Made by a program: the position numbers and the translations under genes
From: Candidatus Moanibacter sp.
GTDB lineage: Bacteria; Verrucomicrobiota; Verrucomicrobiia; Opitutales; UBA2987
Length of the DNA stretch: 64,000 nucleotides
Direction of reading: 5' to 3'
NCBI GenBank assembly: GCA_965215885.1
Contig: CBDCEW010000087.1
Span: 36,309 to 100,308 of the forward strand
Notes under the pieces: generated by a model
Databases searched by the model: none
What the model was told of the DNA's origin: nothing
Seen by the model: only the letters and a program-made list of their open reading frames with translations
Part shown: positions 20,254-30,978 of the stretch, in pieces
Layout: every line of letters begins with the position of its first letter
Numbering within the stretch: the first letter of the stretch is position 1

Positions 20254-21095
20254 AGCAGGATTATCCGAACTCCGAGAATACGGGCATCCTCAGCTGAAGG
20301 CGTCCAACCTTTGGCGGCCTGAATCCTAACCATCCTAACCTCACCAGGCCCGGTTTCTTCAAGCCGATGTTCAAACGTCGTTGTCTCATTTTCACGGAAT
20401 GTATACGCAGTCTCTGCTTCTCCGTCCCTCACCGTGACATCTATGGGAAGTTCCAAATTCGGCGCGTGACAGGCAAGCAGAACACGATGGGAAACAGGCG
20501 CCGAATCACCATTACTTACCACGAGAAAACCCGCCTCGGTTCCCCTTGTCCATCCATCCCGGGTTGTCCCAAAGATCTGTATGTCAGTATTCTGTTGTGA
20601 CGAATGAACCTCGTCCTCAGTCTCCTGAAGAATCCCGACCAAAAGGCCAAAAAAAGAATCTGAAGGATCATTGTATACACCCTCCGCCACAGCCATGAGA
20701 GTCTCGTGCTCACGATTGCCCTCCTCAATGAGTTTCTTAGCCAACGCAGTCGCCTCCTCCGTCTTTCCGAGGAATCGAATCAATCGCAGACTTCTCCCGG
20801 AATCAATGAATTCGGCCGGAATTCCCTCTAGCAGTACCTTTATCCGATCGGCCCGCTCTCTAACTCCCAACGCTAGCCAGATATTCAATGCCTCGATTAG
20901 CCAGTCTGCCCGCTTCTGGAGTGAGGTGGTGCGTCCCGCGATGTGTTCCAGATAAAGCGCGTACTTATCTCGATTTAGACCGATACTCTCCTTCGATTCG
21001 TACCAAGGTGGAGTAAGGACCCAGCGGATAAGAATGATGCTGAGCGCACCGATCGTGAGAAGGTAAACGAAACCAAGACTGGGCTTCACCTTCAT
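20250..21095 (-). CDS. Hypothetical membrane-anchored protein
   Basis: N-terminal hydrophobic helix, helical middle, and a beta-rich C-terminus ending DARILGVRI. Co-oriented with and overlapping the VTC gene. Confidence 0.65.
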   Translation of the reverse strand: MKVKPSLGFVYLLTIGALSIILIRWVLTPPWYESKESIGLNRDKYALYLEHIAGRTTSLQKRADWLIEALNIWLALGVRERADRIKVLLEGIPAEFIDSGRSLRLIRFLGKTEEATALAKKLIEEGNREHETLMAVAEGVYNDPSDSFFGLLVGILQETEDEVHSSQQNTDIQIFGTTRDGWTRGTEAGFLVVSNGDSAPVSHRVLLACHAPNLELPIDVTVRDGEAETAYTFRENETTTFEHRLEETGPGEVRMVRIQAAKGWTPSAEDARILGVRIILL

Positions 21096-21121
21096 CGTTC
21101 TATCGGTATCGAAAACTCAAG

Positions 21122-24019
21122 TCAATTTGAGAGAGGCGCCTGTAGGGCTGTTTCCCGATATCGACCGTCCCAATAGCTCGAATATCCAACCTGTTCAACG
21201 ACTTCACCAAATGAAACTCGAGAATAAGCATCGTAGGTGATGTCTCTCTCACAATTGACGACGTAGATATCTCCGGCTTCAAGCAAACCGCCTCCGTCGT
21301 ATCGCCAATTCTTCTTCTGAAGGTCGATCGCGACAGGGGATCCGTCAATAAGGTTTTCCCTGAATTGCACTTGGGATCGATCCTTTATCTGCAGACCGAT
21401 CACGCAATCCCTGAAAAGACACTTATCAATCACAAGATGGGAGTCTTCGCCCACCGATACTCCTTTGTCCCGGGCGGTATCGAAGACAGATGATTCGATA
21501 CTTGCATCAGTCGTCATCAGATCAATTGCATCATCTCCGCTGTTTCGAAATCGTGAATTCGTGATACGGAGATTCCTGCAGATATCCGCGTCAAACGCAT
21601 CCATGGCGGAGTCCAGGAATGTACAACCCTCCACCAGTGCGTTGTCGCAGTAGGCCAGTCTAAGACTGTCGTCTCCAACATGATTGCGAAGAAAGGTGCA
21701 ATTTCGAAGCGTCACATCATCAACATCGTGCAGGGAGACGGCCCCACTGTATTCGATCAGCGACCTCTCCGCTCGCGACCCGTCCGACCAGATACAATGC
21801 TCAAAGAGGGAACCGTTTGCTCCCCTACCCTGCAGGACGAACGCTCCCCACGGCTTGCCACGATGTAAAGCCTTGATACGAATGGGATTCGCCGCCGTCC
21901 CTTTGGCTACGACCCGTCCAAATGAGAACAAAGATACTTTTTCCTCTAGTAACAGAGTTGTGCCGGCGGCGATTTCGAGCGTTACTTTTTCCGAATATTC
22001 CAAATTTTCATCCACGATTATTTCACCTGGGCCAATGCGTAGAGTCTCGGGTAACGCTTCTTTCCTCAGCTTCCAAGGATGCAGGGAAGCTGAATTCGCG
22101 CTTTCCTCTTCGCGAATCTCTTCATATCGCGATACAATCGACGCTTCGTTAACGGCGTTAGCCGCTGTAACACTGACTTCCTCGACACGTCCTTCTCCAA
22201 CATCGATGAGGATAGTGTAAGCAAGCGGAGAAGGCACCAAATCAAAAGTGCCGAAAGAGAGAGCATGCCTTTTCTGAAGCGCTTCCTCGTATCCAGGATA
22301 CAAAATCTCGTCTAATTCAATTGTGACACCTTCGTCCTCCCCTGGCCCTTTCGCAATCAACTCATCCGCATCGTCGACTTCTTCATTTCCGTTACGATCG
22401 CGAAAGAGCCCAACCCTCTGAAACTCACCCACAACCTTCAACTCGGTCACTCTCGCCGCCACGTTCCCGCTCGATGTAATCCTCAACAGATAGGAGTTTT
22501 TCCCTCTTTCAAGACTATACTCCAAAGAGGCGTTATTTAAGTAAGTCATGAGAAAATCGACACGTTCATCGATCCCGTTGAGATAAAACCCAAGCTGCTC
22601 CTCGTACTGGGCCATGTCGTAAACGACAACCGGAGTCTTGCGAATCTTCATGAATCTTCTTGACCAGTTGTCTCTGAAATTTTTGAAGACATCGGCCTCC
22701 AGGCAGGGACGCAGAATCCCGTCCAGTTGCTTGAACCGTTCAACAATCTTGCGCTTCGTGAGCGCCCCGGTCGTGAGATTCTCGAAAAGAGTACGGTGTC
22801 GGAGAAATTCAAACTCAGGAATGAGTTTAAATCTTACTAAAAGCGGGTTGAGCACTAAATCGAGAGAACGGCTCTTCAGATTCCACTCATTTGCATCCCA
22901 AGCCGCCGGTTCGAATTTTCCGGTGACCGGATCGAAATAGATCTTATGGTTATGATGATAATCATGAATTGCGCATGCGGTAAGATTATCCAAACTCAGA
23001 TAGTGCGCATATGCCTGTAGGTTGAGGTGCCTCTTTGCGAATTCATAAAACTCCACCAATGACGCATTATTGACCTGTTCAAGGAGGATTCCAATTTCAC
23101 TTCGATCCTCTTCGTACTCCAGACCTCGAGAAGCAGATTTCTCCCAATATCTTTCATCTTCCCAAAGCATGCTCACACCAGTGACGGAATTGCGTGGCGC
23201 TCCATCGCCGCTGTAGAGACTGCCTGGCATTCGCCGTGACCTGCGAATCGTACTCTCTTCCATAGGATCCTGCCACAGATATACTCCCATATACTGGCTG
23301 TTCAGCACAAATCGCACGGGAAATACTCTGGGAGCGACTAACCCGAGTTCCTTTCCGAGTTCCATTGCAATCACTTCGTTGAATGCGAGACGGGTGCGCG
23401 GGTTCTTGAGGTTAATGAGTCGAGATCCATTGATGAGCTGCGACCGCTTCGTTTTGATTTTCCAGGATTTCTGCGGATACAACCAATGCCAGTGGTTATC
23501 CCCTACATACCGCGCTTTTACCGTATGTGTCTCGTCTCCCCATTTTAAATAGGCCCGAAAATAAGTGCTTTTGCCGCTCGCAGGCAGGTCCCTGTTCAGC
23601 TCTGCGAGGTTCTCCGCGCTCACCGACATCTGCACCAGAGGAAGTTCGCTGTTCAGCGGCATTTCAGTCGCGCCTGTCCGCAATTCGAGCCTCTTTATCT
23701 GATCACGAATGAAATAGCGTACCAATTCGGGGTTCAAAGGGAGCCAATCGTCCCTTCCCGCACTCAAGGCTGCCAAACGATAGTAACTCCCCATAGAGAT
23801 TGCGATAAGCCATCCGAACCAGATCAATATAGGTAGTGAAAGCAGTACCGCGGTACCTAACCGTATCTGATAGAGCGACTTACTCCATTTTCGAAGGGAT
23901 TTCATGCAACCAAACTGGTAGGTCCTTCCGTGGAGAAGAGAATTGAACAGAAGGAAACAGAGAGAAACGGAGAGGAATAAGAGAGGAAGAGTAGCCCACG
24001 GATGGCTCCGCAGTACCAC
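21122..24019 (-). CDS. CotH-family kinase with C-terminal right-handed beta-helix domain
   Basis: KARYVGD..HW..QKSWKIK, LNSQYMGVY, HNHKIYFDPVTGKFEPAAWD, and DAFDAD/DAIDL/DKGVSVGE repeats. The true start may be ATG 24069 with a small frameshift near 24025. Confidence 0.85.
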   Translation of the reverse strand: MVLRSHPWATLPLLFLSVSLCFLLFNSLLHGRTYQFGCMKSLRKWSKSLYQIRLGTAVLLSLPILIWFGWLIAISMGSYYRLAALSAGRDDWLPLNPELVRYFIRDQIKRLELRTGATEMPLNSELPLVQMSVSAENLAELNRDLPASGKSTYFRAYLKWGDETHTVKARYVGDNHWHWLYPQKSWKIKTKRSQLINGSRLINLKNPRTRLAFNEVIAMELGKELGLVAPRVFPVRFVLNSQYMGVYLWQDPMEESTIRRSRRMPGSLYSGDGAPRNSVTGVSMLWEDERYWEKSASRGLEYEEDRSEIGILLEQVNNASLVEFYEFAKRHLNLQAYAHYLSLDNLTACAIHDYHHNHKIYFDPVTGKFEPAAWDANEWNLKSRSLDLVLNPLLVRFKLIPEFEFLRHRTLFENLTTGALTKRKIVERFKQLDGILRPCLEADVFKNFRDNWSRRFMKIRKTPVVVYDMAQYEEQLGFYLNGIDERVDFLMTYLNNASLEYSLERGKNSYLLRITSSGNVAARVTELKVVGEFQRVGLFRDRNGNEEVDDADELIAKGPGEDEGVTIELDEILYPGYEEALQKRHALSFGTFDLVPSPLAYTILIDVGEGRVEEVSVTAANAVNEASIVSRYEEIREEESANSASLHPWKLRKEALPETLRIGPGEIIVDENLEYSEKVTLEIAAGTTLLLEEKVSLFSFGRVVAKGTAANPIRIKALHRGKPWGAFVLQGRGANGSLFEHCIWSDGSRAERSLIEYSGAVSLHDVDDVTLRNCTFLRNHVGDDSLRLAYCDNALVEGCTFLDSAMDAFDADICRNLRITNSRFRNSGDDAIDLMTTDASIESSVFDTARDKGVSVGEDSHLVIDKCLFRDCVIGLQIKDRSQVQFRENLIDGSPVAIDLQKKNWRYDGGGLLEAGDIYVVNCERDITYDAYSRVSFGEVVEQVGYSSYWDGRYRETALQAPLSN

Positions 24020-24116
24020 GGATGGGGAATGAATCGGAAAGGCTCGGTCTGTGGCCCCGATTTAGTCATGATTTAACCCTTCGTTCCTAGCTCAAATTCC
24101 CAAGATATCTAAGGGC

Positions 24117-24828
24117 CTAAAAGTCGATCTCCTGCTGCCCTTCTACCAGTGTCACTTTGTGATTTTGGTTGGCCTCCCTCATCTCACGCAAGAATTCTTC
24201 CGCCTTGAACCGACCCTTTAGATTGACACTGTAGATCAACTCGATGAGATCGCCTTTCAAGACTGTCTCAATGCCAATCAGGCTCGTTTCCAGAAAGTAT
24301 TTCTGAAAGAGGCGATCGAATTCCACTTCGTGAGGAAAGTCTTCGGGCACCTGAACCATCAATATTCGCTCGCTAACCGATTGAGCGAACGGCTGCAACT
24401 TATAGAGAAGGAACATTACCGCACAGATCGCCACCGTAGCAAATATGGCCAACAGATAAAAGCCGGTGCCACATGCCATACCAATCGCCATGGCGAAAAA
24501 TACAAATCCCACATCCTTGCTATCCTTTACCGCGTTTCGAAAGCGTATTATTGACAAGGCTCCCACAAGGGCGAAGGCGCGGGCGATATTGGAACCGATT
24601 ATGAGCATAATCAGCGAAACCACGGTTGCCATCAGGACGAGTGTTTCTACAAAGTTTTGAGAATAAGATATCCCCCGATGGGTTACCTGGTAGACTTTGG
24701 CGATGGGTTAAACTTTGGCGAAAGAAAGAAAGAAGCGCGGATAGAGCAAAGGTGATAGCGACGTGCCAGATTGTGAAGAGCCCAGTCATGTCCTTGACGG
24801 CCGCGGTCTGTTTTATGAGTTCGTCCAT
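24117..24828 (-). pseudogene. DUF4956 membrane protein, frameshifted
   Basis: IGSNIARAFALVGALSIIRFRNAVKD. The N-terminal part (MDELIK...LLSFF) joins IAKVYQVTHRGISYSQNF only if about 16 nt at 24705-24720 (a duplicated CGCCAAAGT plus filler) are removed. Confidence 0.85.
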
Positions 24829-24890
24829 ATCGTGTACTTCAGTTTTCGGCATTCATACTGTCAAGACATTCCACATCGTTCGAGGAATGA

Positions 24891-25865
24891 ATGACCGACT
24901 CCGGAACGGAGCGAAGAGCAGAATCGGCCCCTGCTTCCACTATCGGATTCAACTACTCTTCCAAGCCTGGTGTCGTGTTTCATAGATTTCATTGTACAGG
25001 TAAGAGCAGACTCTGGTTTCTCACAGCATTGCTCTTTTCTTTCACACCAAATCTAATCTGCCTTTCATTTACGCCCATTGCCGGGGAGAGGGCTCTGCAG
25101 CTTAAGCCCGATGAGGACATAGCATCCCGCCTGAAGCTGGGAGACGAATTCAGCTTTGTCGTGATCGGACACGTTCGCGCGAACAAGAATCAAACCATAA
25201 ACGAGGCCTTCTCCATCGCGATGACTGCGATGGAATCCATTGATCCGGACTTCATCGTCTTTACTGGAGACATTACATGGGGAGACTGGAACAACGGTTT
25301 GGAGAAAGTCCTGGATGAATGGAGAATGTTCACGGAATTTCTGGAGCGGTTCAGGATTCCCTACTTTCTGGTTCCCGGAAATCACGAGATTACAAATAGA
25401 CGATCCGCCAAGAGGTATCAGGAGTATTTCGGACCGACCCACGGATTTTTTCAAATAAACCGATTCCGATTCGTATTCCTTGACACAACCGCATTTGGGA
25501 CGGCCGACACCTACGGTTTGCCCATTGAACAGATTCCGCTGCTGACCGGAGAGACCGAGGTGGGAGAAGATACTTTTGTATTCATGCACCACCCACTCTG
25601 GAAAAAACTTAAACACCTCGAAGAACCGTACAGATTCAAGGAGCAATTTCTCTTTGCAGGAAACAGCAAAGACTTCCAATACTCACTCACAGGCGATGGA
25701 AAGATCCAGATACTGAATGGGCTGGATTCATGGCCCGGAGGTGAGTCGCCGAATCCTATATCCTTTACCCTGGTCTCAATTCGAATCGAGAAAATCCAAT
25801 TGAATCACGTATCCGTATCCACTACTGACAGGAAGCTGAGATTCAGAAAGATATACCCAAATTGA
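24891..25865 (+). CDS. Calcineurin-like metallophosphoesterase (motifs partly degenerate)
   Basis: VFTGDIT, VPGNHE and FMHHP present. The first DxH and last GHxH positions read GHVR and AGNS. Start uncertain. Confidence 0.7.
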   Translation: MTDSGTERRAESAPASTIGFNYSSKPGVVFHRFHCTGKSRLWFLTALLFSFTPNLICLSFTPIAGERALQLKPDEDIASRLKLGDEFSFVVIGHVRANKNQTINEAFSIAMTAMESIDPDFIVFTGDITWGDWNNGLEKVLDEWRMFTEFLERFRIPYFLVPGNHEITNRRSAKRYQEYFGPTHGFFQINRFRFVFLDTTAFGTADTYGLPIEQIPLLTGETEVGEDTFVFMHHPLWKKLKHLEEPYRFKEQFLFAGNSKDFQYSLTGDGKIQILNGLDSWPGGESPNPISFTLVSIRIEKIQLNHVSVSTTDRKLRFRKIYPN

Positions 25866-27343
25866 TTGCGCGGCTCTTTCGAACTTTGCATTCGTTCAAT
25901 AGACATTTCTCTGTTCAATCATCATTGAATCATCGATCGACAGGCTCTATGAGACAAATTCCGATGAAGAAGAATAACAACATTCTGCGTTTCTTAAGGT
26001 TCCCAGGACTTACGATCGTTCCGGGTGGAATGATGCTGGCCATGCCTACCCAGTGCTTGGGAGATGTTGGCTTCACTACGGCTGAAACTCTCTTCCCGGA
26101 ACTGGCCGCAATCTACGAAACGACAAGCGAGAAGGCGCCTTCCTTGCATGTGCAATACCAGAGTGTCGGAATCTCGGAAGGGAATGCCTTCGTCTCCGCT
26201 TCGGAGAAATATCCCGATCTTCGATTGATAGCGAACGGTGGGTATGCGCGCAACGTTCGGCAAGATGCGGCGGCCACGGATATCGCCCGGGCGGATTTCA
26301 GCTTCGCACTCGAGCACCCAATCTACAAATGGGGCGCCGTAAAAGCCCAGGACCGTATAGGCGAGATCGATGTCACCCTGGCGAGGAGTAACTATCGGCG
26401 TTTTTATCAGGCGCTTGTCTCACAAGTGCGTTCTCTCTATCTCGATCTCGTCCTGGAAAAGATCACCTGGAGAAACAAGCTTCTTCGGGAGAAGATCGTA
26501 GGGAAGCTTATTAAAGACCAGACGGAGAGACAGAGACTCGGTACTGTATCCGAGGAGGAGACAATTCTCGTGCTGATCGATCTCAAGGAGACGCTTCTTC
26601 GAATCGAGCAGGACAAGCTGTCGATCGAGCGCGATTTGGAGCAATTCAGGCACCTGACCGGATTCGACAGACTTTTTCTTGAGGCGATTCCAGAGACGAT
26701 TCCACAGCTGACATTCTCCAAAGATGCCTCCAACGAACTCCTCCTCGAGTTTATTGAAACCGGAATGATGGAGAAGTCAGAATGGCGCATTAAGGAAGAT
26801 CAGATCAATAAGGCCAGGGAGAAACTAACCATCTCCAAATCTCGCAATCGTCCCTTGCTGGGTCTCCTCGTTTCCGCACGGCAGGAACAGAGAGACACCT
26901 CAGCGCGCGACGACGTCCCTACCCTCGTCTATTTTGGCGGGTTCCAGGTGAAGTGGGATATATTTGATGGATTCGCAACCAAGGGCAGAACCCTTGCCAA
27001 TATCGCTCAAATTCGGCTCTTAGAGCTTCAACTCAAAGACATGCAATCCCAATTCACACGGCAAGTTGAAGAACTCGCTTCCGATTTGTCTCTCGAACAC
27101 AGATTTCTCGAACTCACGGAGGAGAGATTTCGGGTCGGTGTGAGAAAGTGGGAACGCGTGCAATCGGACTGGGCAAACAAGATCATCTCTGAACTGCAAT
27201 ACTTGCAAGGTCAGTCCCAGCATTTCGAGAGGGAAAGGAAACTCTATGAATCGCGGTCTCGCTTCCTCTTGAAGTCTTCTGACTTTCTCTCCCTTGTAGG
27301 CCATGATCCTGCCATGGACTATTACTCAAACCCGACCAGGTGA
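25862..27343 (+). CDS. TolC-family outer membrane protein
   Basis: YPDL, HPIYKWG and WDIFDGFAT repeat halves, upstream of an adaptor gene. The true start is probably downstream of 25862. Confidence 0.85.
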   Translation: MIARLFRTLHSFNRHFSVQSSLNHRSTGSMRQIPMKKNNNILRFLRFPGLTIVPGGMMLAMPTQCLGDVGFTTAETLFPELAAIYETTSEKAPSLHVQYQSVGISEGNAFVSASEKYPDLRLIANGGYARNVRQDAAATDIARADFSFALEHPIYKWGAVKAQDRIGEIDVTLARSNYRRFYQALVSQVRSLYLDLVLEKITWRNKLLREKIVGKLIKDQTERQRLGTVSEEETILVLIDLKETLLRIEQDKLSIERDLEQFRHLTGFDRLFLEAIPETIPQLTFSKDASNELLLEFIETGMMEKSEWRIKEDQINKAREKLTISKSRNRPLLGLLVSARQEQRDTSARDDVPTLVYFGGFQVKWDIFDGFATKGRTLANIAQIRLLELQLKDMQSQFTRQVEELASDLSLEHRFLELTEERFRVGVRKWERVQSDWANKIISELQYLQGQSQHFERERKLYESRSRFLLKSSDFLSLVGHDPAMDYYSNPTR

Positions 27344-28455
27344 TGACAATCCGTTCCAGTCTGAAGTGGCTGGCGGCGCTCATTATAGTAATTCTGGCCG
27401 CTCTTTTTTTCCTTCGGATGGTGCGTCCAAGAGCAATTACCGCGGAGGTGAAACGCGACGAAGCGATCAATGCGGTTTCCGGAACTTTGACCGTGGAAGA
27501 GAAATTCCGCATGCAGGTTCGGAGCGAGAGTGGTGAACGTGTCGTGTCTACCAATATGGAGGTCGGTCAAGGAATAAGAGAGGGTGAGACGATTCTGCAG
27601 TTGGACACGACCGAACGAAAACTGCAAATTGAGGCCATAGTAATCCAATACGAAGCACACAAAGATCAGATGGCTCTCGGTTCTCCACTCAAATTCAATA
27701 TTTCGGAACAGGAGGAGGCCCTGGCCGATCTCGAAGAATTGGATGAACAGGGTAGCGTCTCGCCTCGCCAGCTGAAGAAGTCCGAACGGCGATTGGAGGA
27801 ACTCAAAGAGAGTGAGCAGAGGCAGCGAATTAATGATCGTTCACGTCTCCTGCTTCTTGAGAACAGCCTTCGTGAAAAGCGGATGGAACTCGCGCAGATG
27901 ACCGTTAAGAGCCCCATTGACGGGGTTATTGTAAACGTCTTTGCATACGAAGGTGATTTGATCAACCCAAAGAGCGTTGTTGCCGAGATTATCTCCGCGG
28001 AGCGTCGTATCCTGGCAAAGATCAGCGAAGAAGACTTCGCCAAAGTTGAAGTTGATCAGAAGGCGACTGTCCGCCTTCTCGGCTACGGAAAGAGACTCTT
28101 TAACGGCAGTGTAGTGCAGATTCTGCCTACCACTGATCCCGATACACAACGTTACAGCGTGTTTCTGAACGTTGAGATCGAACGGGAAAAGCTCACTCCC
28201 GGATTAACGGGAGAAGTCAGCATCATAGTGGGGCAGCGGGAAGATGCGCTCCTCGTTCCCGCCCGTGCTGTTTTTGACGGCAAAGTTTACGTCGTAAATG
28301 ATTCTGTGGTAGAACTGCGATCCGTGGAAAAAGGGTTTCAGAGTCTGAATCTGATCGAGATTCGCGAGGGGCTGAAGGCCGGTGAGCGAATCATTGTGGA
28401 AAATCTTGAACGCTTTCGCGACGGCGATCGTGTCAGATTGGACAAAGCTGACTGA
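27340..28455 (+). CDS. Efflux periplasmic adaptor (MacA-like)
   Basis: N-terminal TM, coiled coil, VKSPIDGVI, LTPGLTGEV, LLVPARAV and GLKAGERI. Confidence 0.9.
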   Translation: MMTIRSSLKWLAALIIVILAALFFLRMVRPRAITAEVKRDEAINAVSGTLTVEEKFRMQVRSESGERVVSTNMEVGQGIREGETILQLDTTERKLQIEAIVIQYEAHKDQMALGSPLKFNISEQEEALADLEELDEQGSVSPRQLKKSERRLEELKESEQRQRINDRSRLLLLENSLREKRMELAQMTVKSPIDGVIVNVFAYEGDLINPKSVVAEIISAERRILAKISEEDFAKVEVDQKATVRLLGYGKRLFNGSVVQILPTTDPDTQRYSVFLNVEIEREKLTPGLTGEVSIIVGQREDALLVPARAVFDGKVYVVNDSVVELRSVEKGFQSLNLIEIREGLKAGERIIVENLERFRDGDRVRLDKAD

Positions 28456-28469
28456 TAAACCACGAAACG

Positions 28470-29723
28470 ATTAACTCTAATCTAAACATCGCGATCAGAT
28501 TCCTTCTCTCAAAGAAGCGAGCCATGTTAATGAGCCTGGCCGGCATTATCTGCGGCGTCAGTCTCTTCATCCTCACCCAGGCGCAGACAAGCGGTTTTGA
28601 AGGGTTCTTTGTTAAGACCATCTGGGGCACAAACGGCGTCATCAGGGTTGCTGACAGATTCCAGGACACACTTCGCAGCATGTCTGTGCAGAACGAAAGT
28701 AAAAGGGAAACTCGATTCGAATACTCGCATACGGAAAGCAAGAGATACATCGAAGGCGTGGAAAACAGCCGGCAGTTAATGGAGGCGGTGCGCCAGTTTC
28801 AAACCGTTTCGGGGGTATCACAAGTAGTCAGCGGGAGTGTCACATTTACAAACGATTTCCGAACTAAACCGGCGCAGCTATTCGGAATCGAACCGGAAGA
28901 CTATCTGGCTGTCTCCGATCTCGAGGAGCAAATTGTCTTCGGCAGCCTGGAACAGTTCCGTCACAACAAGACCGGCATTCTCGTGGGGCGAACGCTCGCT
29001 GAAAGGATGCTCATCGACGTCGGTGACCCTGTAATTGTCTGGTCCAAAGGGGAGGATTTTCGCTTTCGTGTCAGTGGCGTGTTCCAGACGGGTGTCTCCA
29101 GTATCGATTCGTTCAGACTGTTCGTTCGCCTCGATCAGGCTCGCACCGTGCTACAGAAACCCCATGGCGCTTCCTTCCTCCAGGTGAATTTATTTGATGA
29201 AAGCAATGCCGAGAGGGTGGCCCTCCACATGAGCGCAGTGTTGAATCATGCCGCCAGCAGTTGGCAGGAGAGAGAGCGGGTTTGGCTTGAAGCATTCCGG
29301 GCCCTGCGAGTCTCTTCAGCAATCACCGTTTCGACCATCATTCTAATTTCCGGCTTGGGGATGTTTAACACGCTTGCCATCATCGTGATGGAGAAGAGCC
29401 GGGAAATCGCCATTCTCCGCTCCATGGGATATACCCGAAACGACGTATCCTCAATTTTTCTTCTACAAGGAATGCTCGTCCTTGCGCTTGGGACTTTCCT
29501 CGGCAGCGGCCTCGGTGCCGCATTCACCTTTGGAGTTTCGAAACTACCTATTCGCATTCGCGGGATTTTTTCCACGGACTATTTCGTCGTGCATTGGAGT
29601 GTCTGGCACTATATCGCAGCTGTCCTCACGTCCCTCGTAGTCGTCCTTGTTGCCAGCTACCTGCCCGCCCGCCAGGCAGCCCTTCTCGAACCGGCCGACA
29701 TAATCAGAGGAACCGGTCAATGA
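28470..29723 (+). CDS. ABC transporter permease (LolC/E-MacB/FtsX family)
   Basis: EKSREIAILRSMGY and YLPARQAALLEPADIIRG. The frame is open upstream of ATG 28524 (INSNLNIAIRFLLSKKRA). Confidence 0.9.
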   Translation: MNSNLNIAIRFLLSKKRAMLMSLAGIICGVSLFILTQAQTSGFEGFFVKTIWGTNGVIRVADRFQDTLRSMSVQNESKRETRFEYSHTESKRYIEGVENSRQLMEAVRQFQTVSGVSQVVSGSVTFTNDFRTKPAQLFGIEPEDYLAVSDLEEQIVFGSLEQFRHNKTGILVGRTLAERMLIDVGDPVIVWSKGEDFRFRVSGVFQTGVSSIDSFRLFVRLDQARTVLQKPHGASFLQVNLFDESNAERVALHMSAVLNHAASSWQERERVWLEAFRALRVSSAITVSTIILISGLGMFNTLAIIVMEKSREIAILRSMGYTRNDVSSIFLLQGMLVLALGTFLGSGLGAAFTFGVSKLPIRIRGIFSTDYFVVHWSVWHYIAAVLTSLVVVLVASYLPARQAALLEPADIIRGTGQ

Positions 29724-30424
29724 GTGAACCCCAAAAAGCACCGCCAGGGGAAACCCCTGTTCTTCAATGTGTGGATCTCGGGCGTTTCCTCGGACAGGAG
29801 CCAAGCCGCGTCAGGATTATCGAAAACATCGGTTTCGCCCTCGAACCGGCCAAAGTATACGGCATCATGGGTCCTTCAGGCTGCGGTAAGAGCACACTGC
29901 TCTACCTGGTCGGTCTGCTTGATCGCCCGGACTCCGGTGATATCTGGCTCACCGGCAACTCCATGGTTGACGCTACCGACGAAGCGCGTACCGCGGCCCG
30001 CAATCGTCATATCGGTTTTGTCTTCCAGTTTCATTTTCTTCTGCCCGAATTTTCCGTTCTGGAGAACATCATGCTACCCATGTATAAGAAGAATTCTCTC
30101 TCCCACACAGAGATGAAAGAGTACTCCTATTCTCTTCTTCAGGAAGTCGGACTGGAGGACAAGGCGGCCCGCATGGCTAACGAATTGTCGGGCGGAGAGC
30201 AACAGCGCGTGGCCATCGCGCGGGCCCTCGCAAATTCGCCTTCTCTTATCCTGGCCGACGAACCTACCGGAAACCTCGATGTGGCCAATTCCAGCGCCGT
30301 CTTCGACTTACTCTACGGTTTCGCCAAAGAAAAAAGGCATGCTGTCCTCATCGTCACCCACAATATCAGGCTGGCGGAAAAGTGCGACCACGTCTTCCGC
30401 ATGGAAGATGGTAGCTTCCTCTAG
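29720..30424 (+). CDS. ABC transporter ATP-binding protein (LolD-like)
   Basis: [27 protein letters not shown] and [15 protein letters not shown] overlap with the permease. Confidence 0.93.
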   Translation: MSEPQKAPPGETPVLQCVDLGRFLGQEPSRVRIIENIGFALEPAKVYGIMGPSGCGKSTLLYLVGLLDRPDSGDIWLTGNSMVDATDEARTAARNRHIGFVFQFHFLLPEFSVLENIMLPMYKKNSLSHTEMKEYSYSLLQEVGLEDKAARMANELSGGEQQRVAIARALANSPSLILADEPTGNLDVANSSAVFDLLYGFAKEKRHAVLIVTHNIRLAEKCDHVFRMEDGSFL

Positions 30425-30603
30425 CCCGGACATTTCACACACTTCGTAGCGAGACCGCGTAGATTGCTGCATATCAGTGCCTTTCCGCAGTCCCAGCGGG
30501 CGACAGTGTGTTAAGACCCTCTGAGGTCGCCGGGCAAGGGAAGGCTTTGAGATGCAGTGATATCTGCGATCGCAGCAGAAGATTTGTGAAATGTTCGGGC
30601 TAG
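30421..30603. mobile_element. MITE with 19-bp terminal inverted repeats
   Basis: CTAGCCCGGACATTTCACA / TGTGAAATGTTCGGGCTAG (18/19). Similar solo ends occur at about 13004-13020 and 50998-51017. Confidence 0.8.
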
Positions 30604-30715
30604 GTTCCTCTCAAATCTAACATGGATCCACCCGATAGGGAAACCTCATCGCGAACCTTGTCGAATCCATTTCCAATTAAGATCTAGACATTCGATCGAA
30701 CTGGTTTCCGCTCCC

Positions 30716-30880
30716 CCATCGTGGCTCCCAATCGTGATCTCCCGTCGATCTTCCTCCCTTCGACTTTAGATCACGATTATGATACACGACGGGAGTTCGA
30801 TCGGGTTTCCTATCTTCCATCGTGATTCTCAATCGTGATCTCCTATCGATCTTTTCGACTTTAGATTACGATTAAGATTG
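30716..30880. repeat. Two units of a 101-bp hairpin repeat family
   Basis: Units start CCATCGTG at 30716 and 30817. Same family as 43447-43985. Confidence 0.85.
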
Positions 30881-30978
30881 GTTGGATATCCCTACGCAGG
30901 TCGTGGTCGTAATCGTAGTCGACTTTCGATCTGTTGACGAAGTTGACGACAATGCTTACGACCAAGTTTTTGTAGTTC

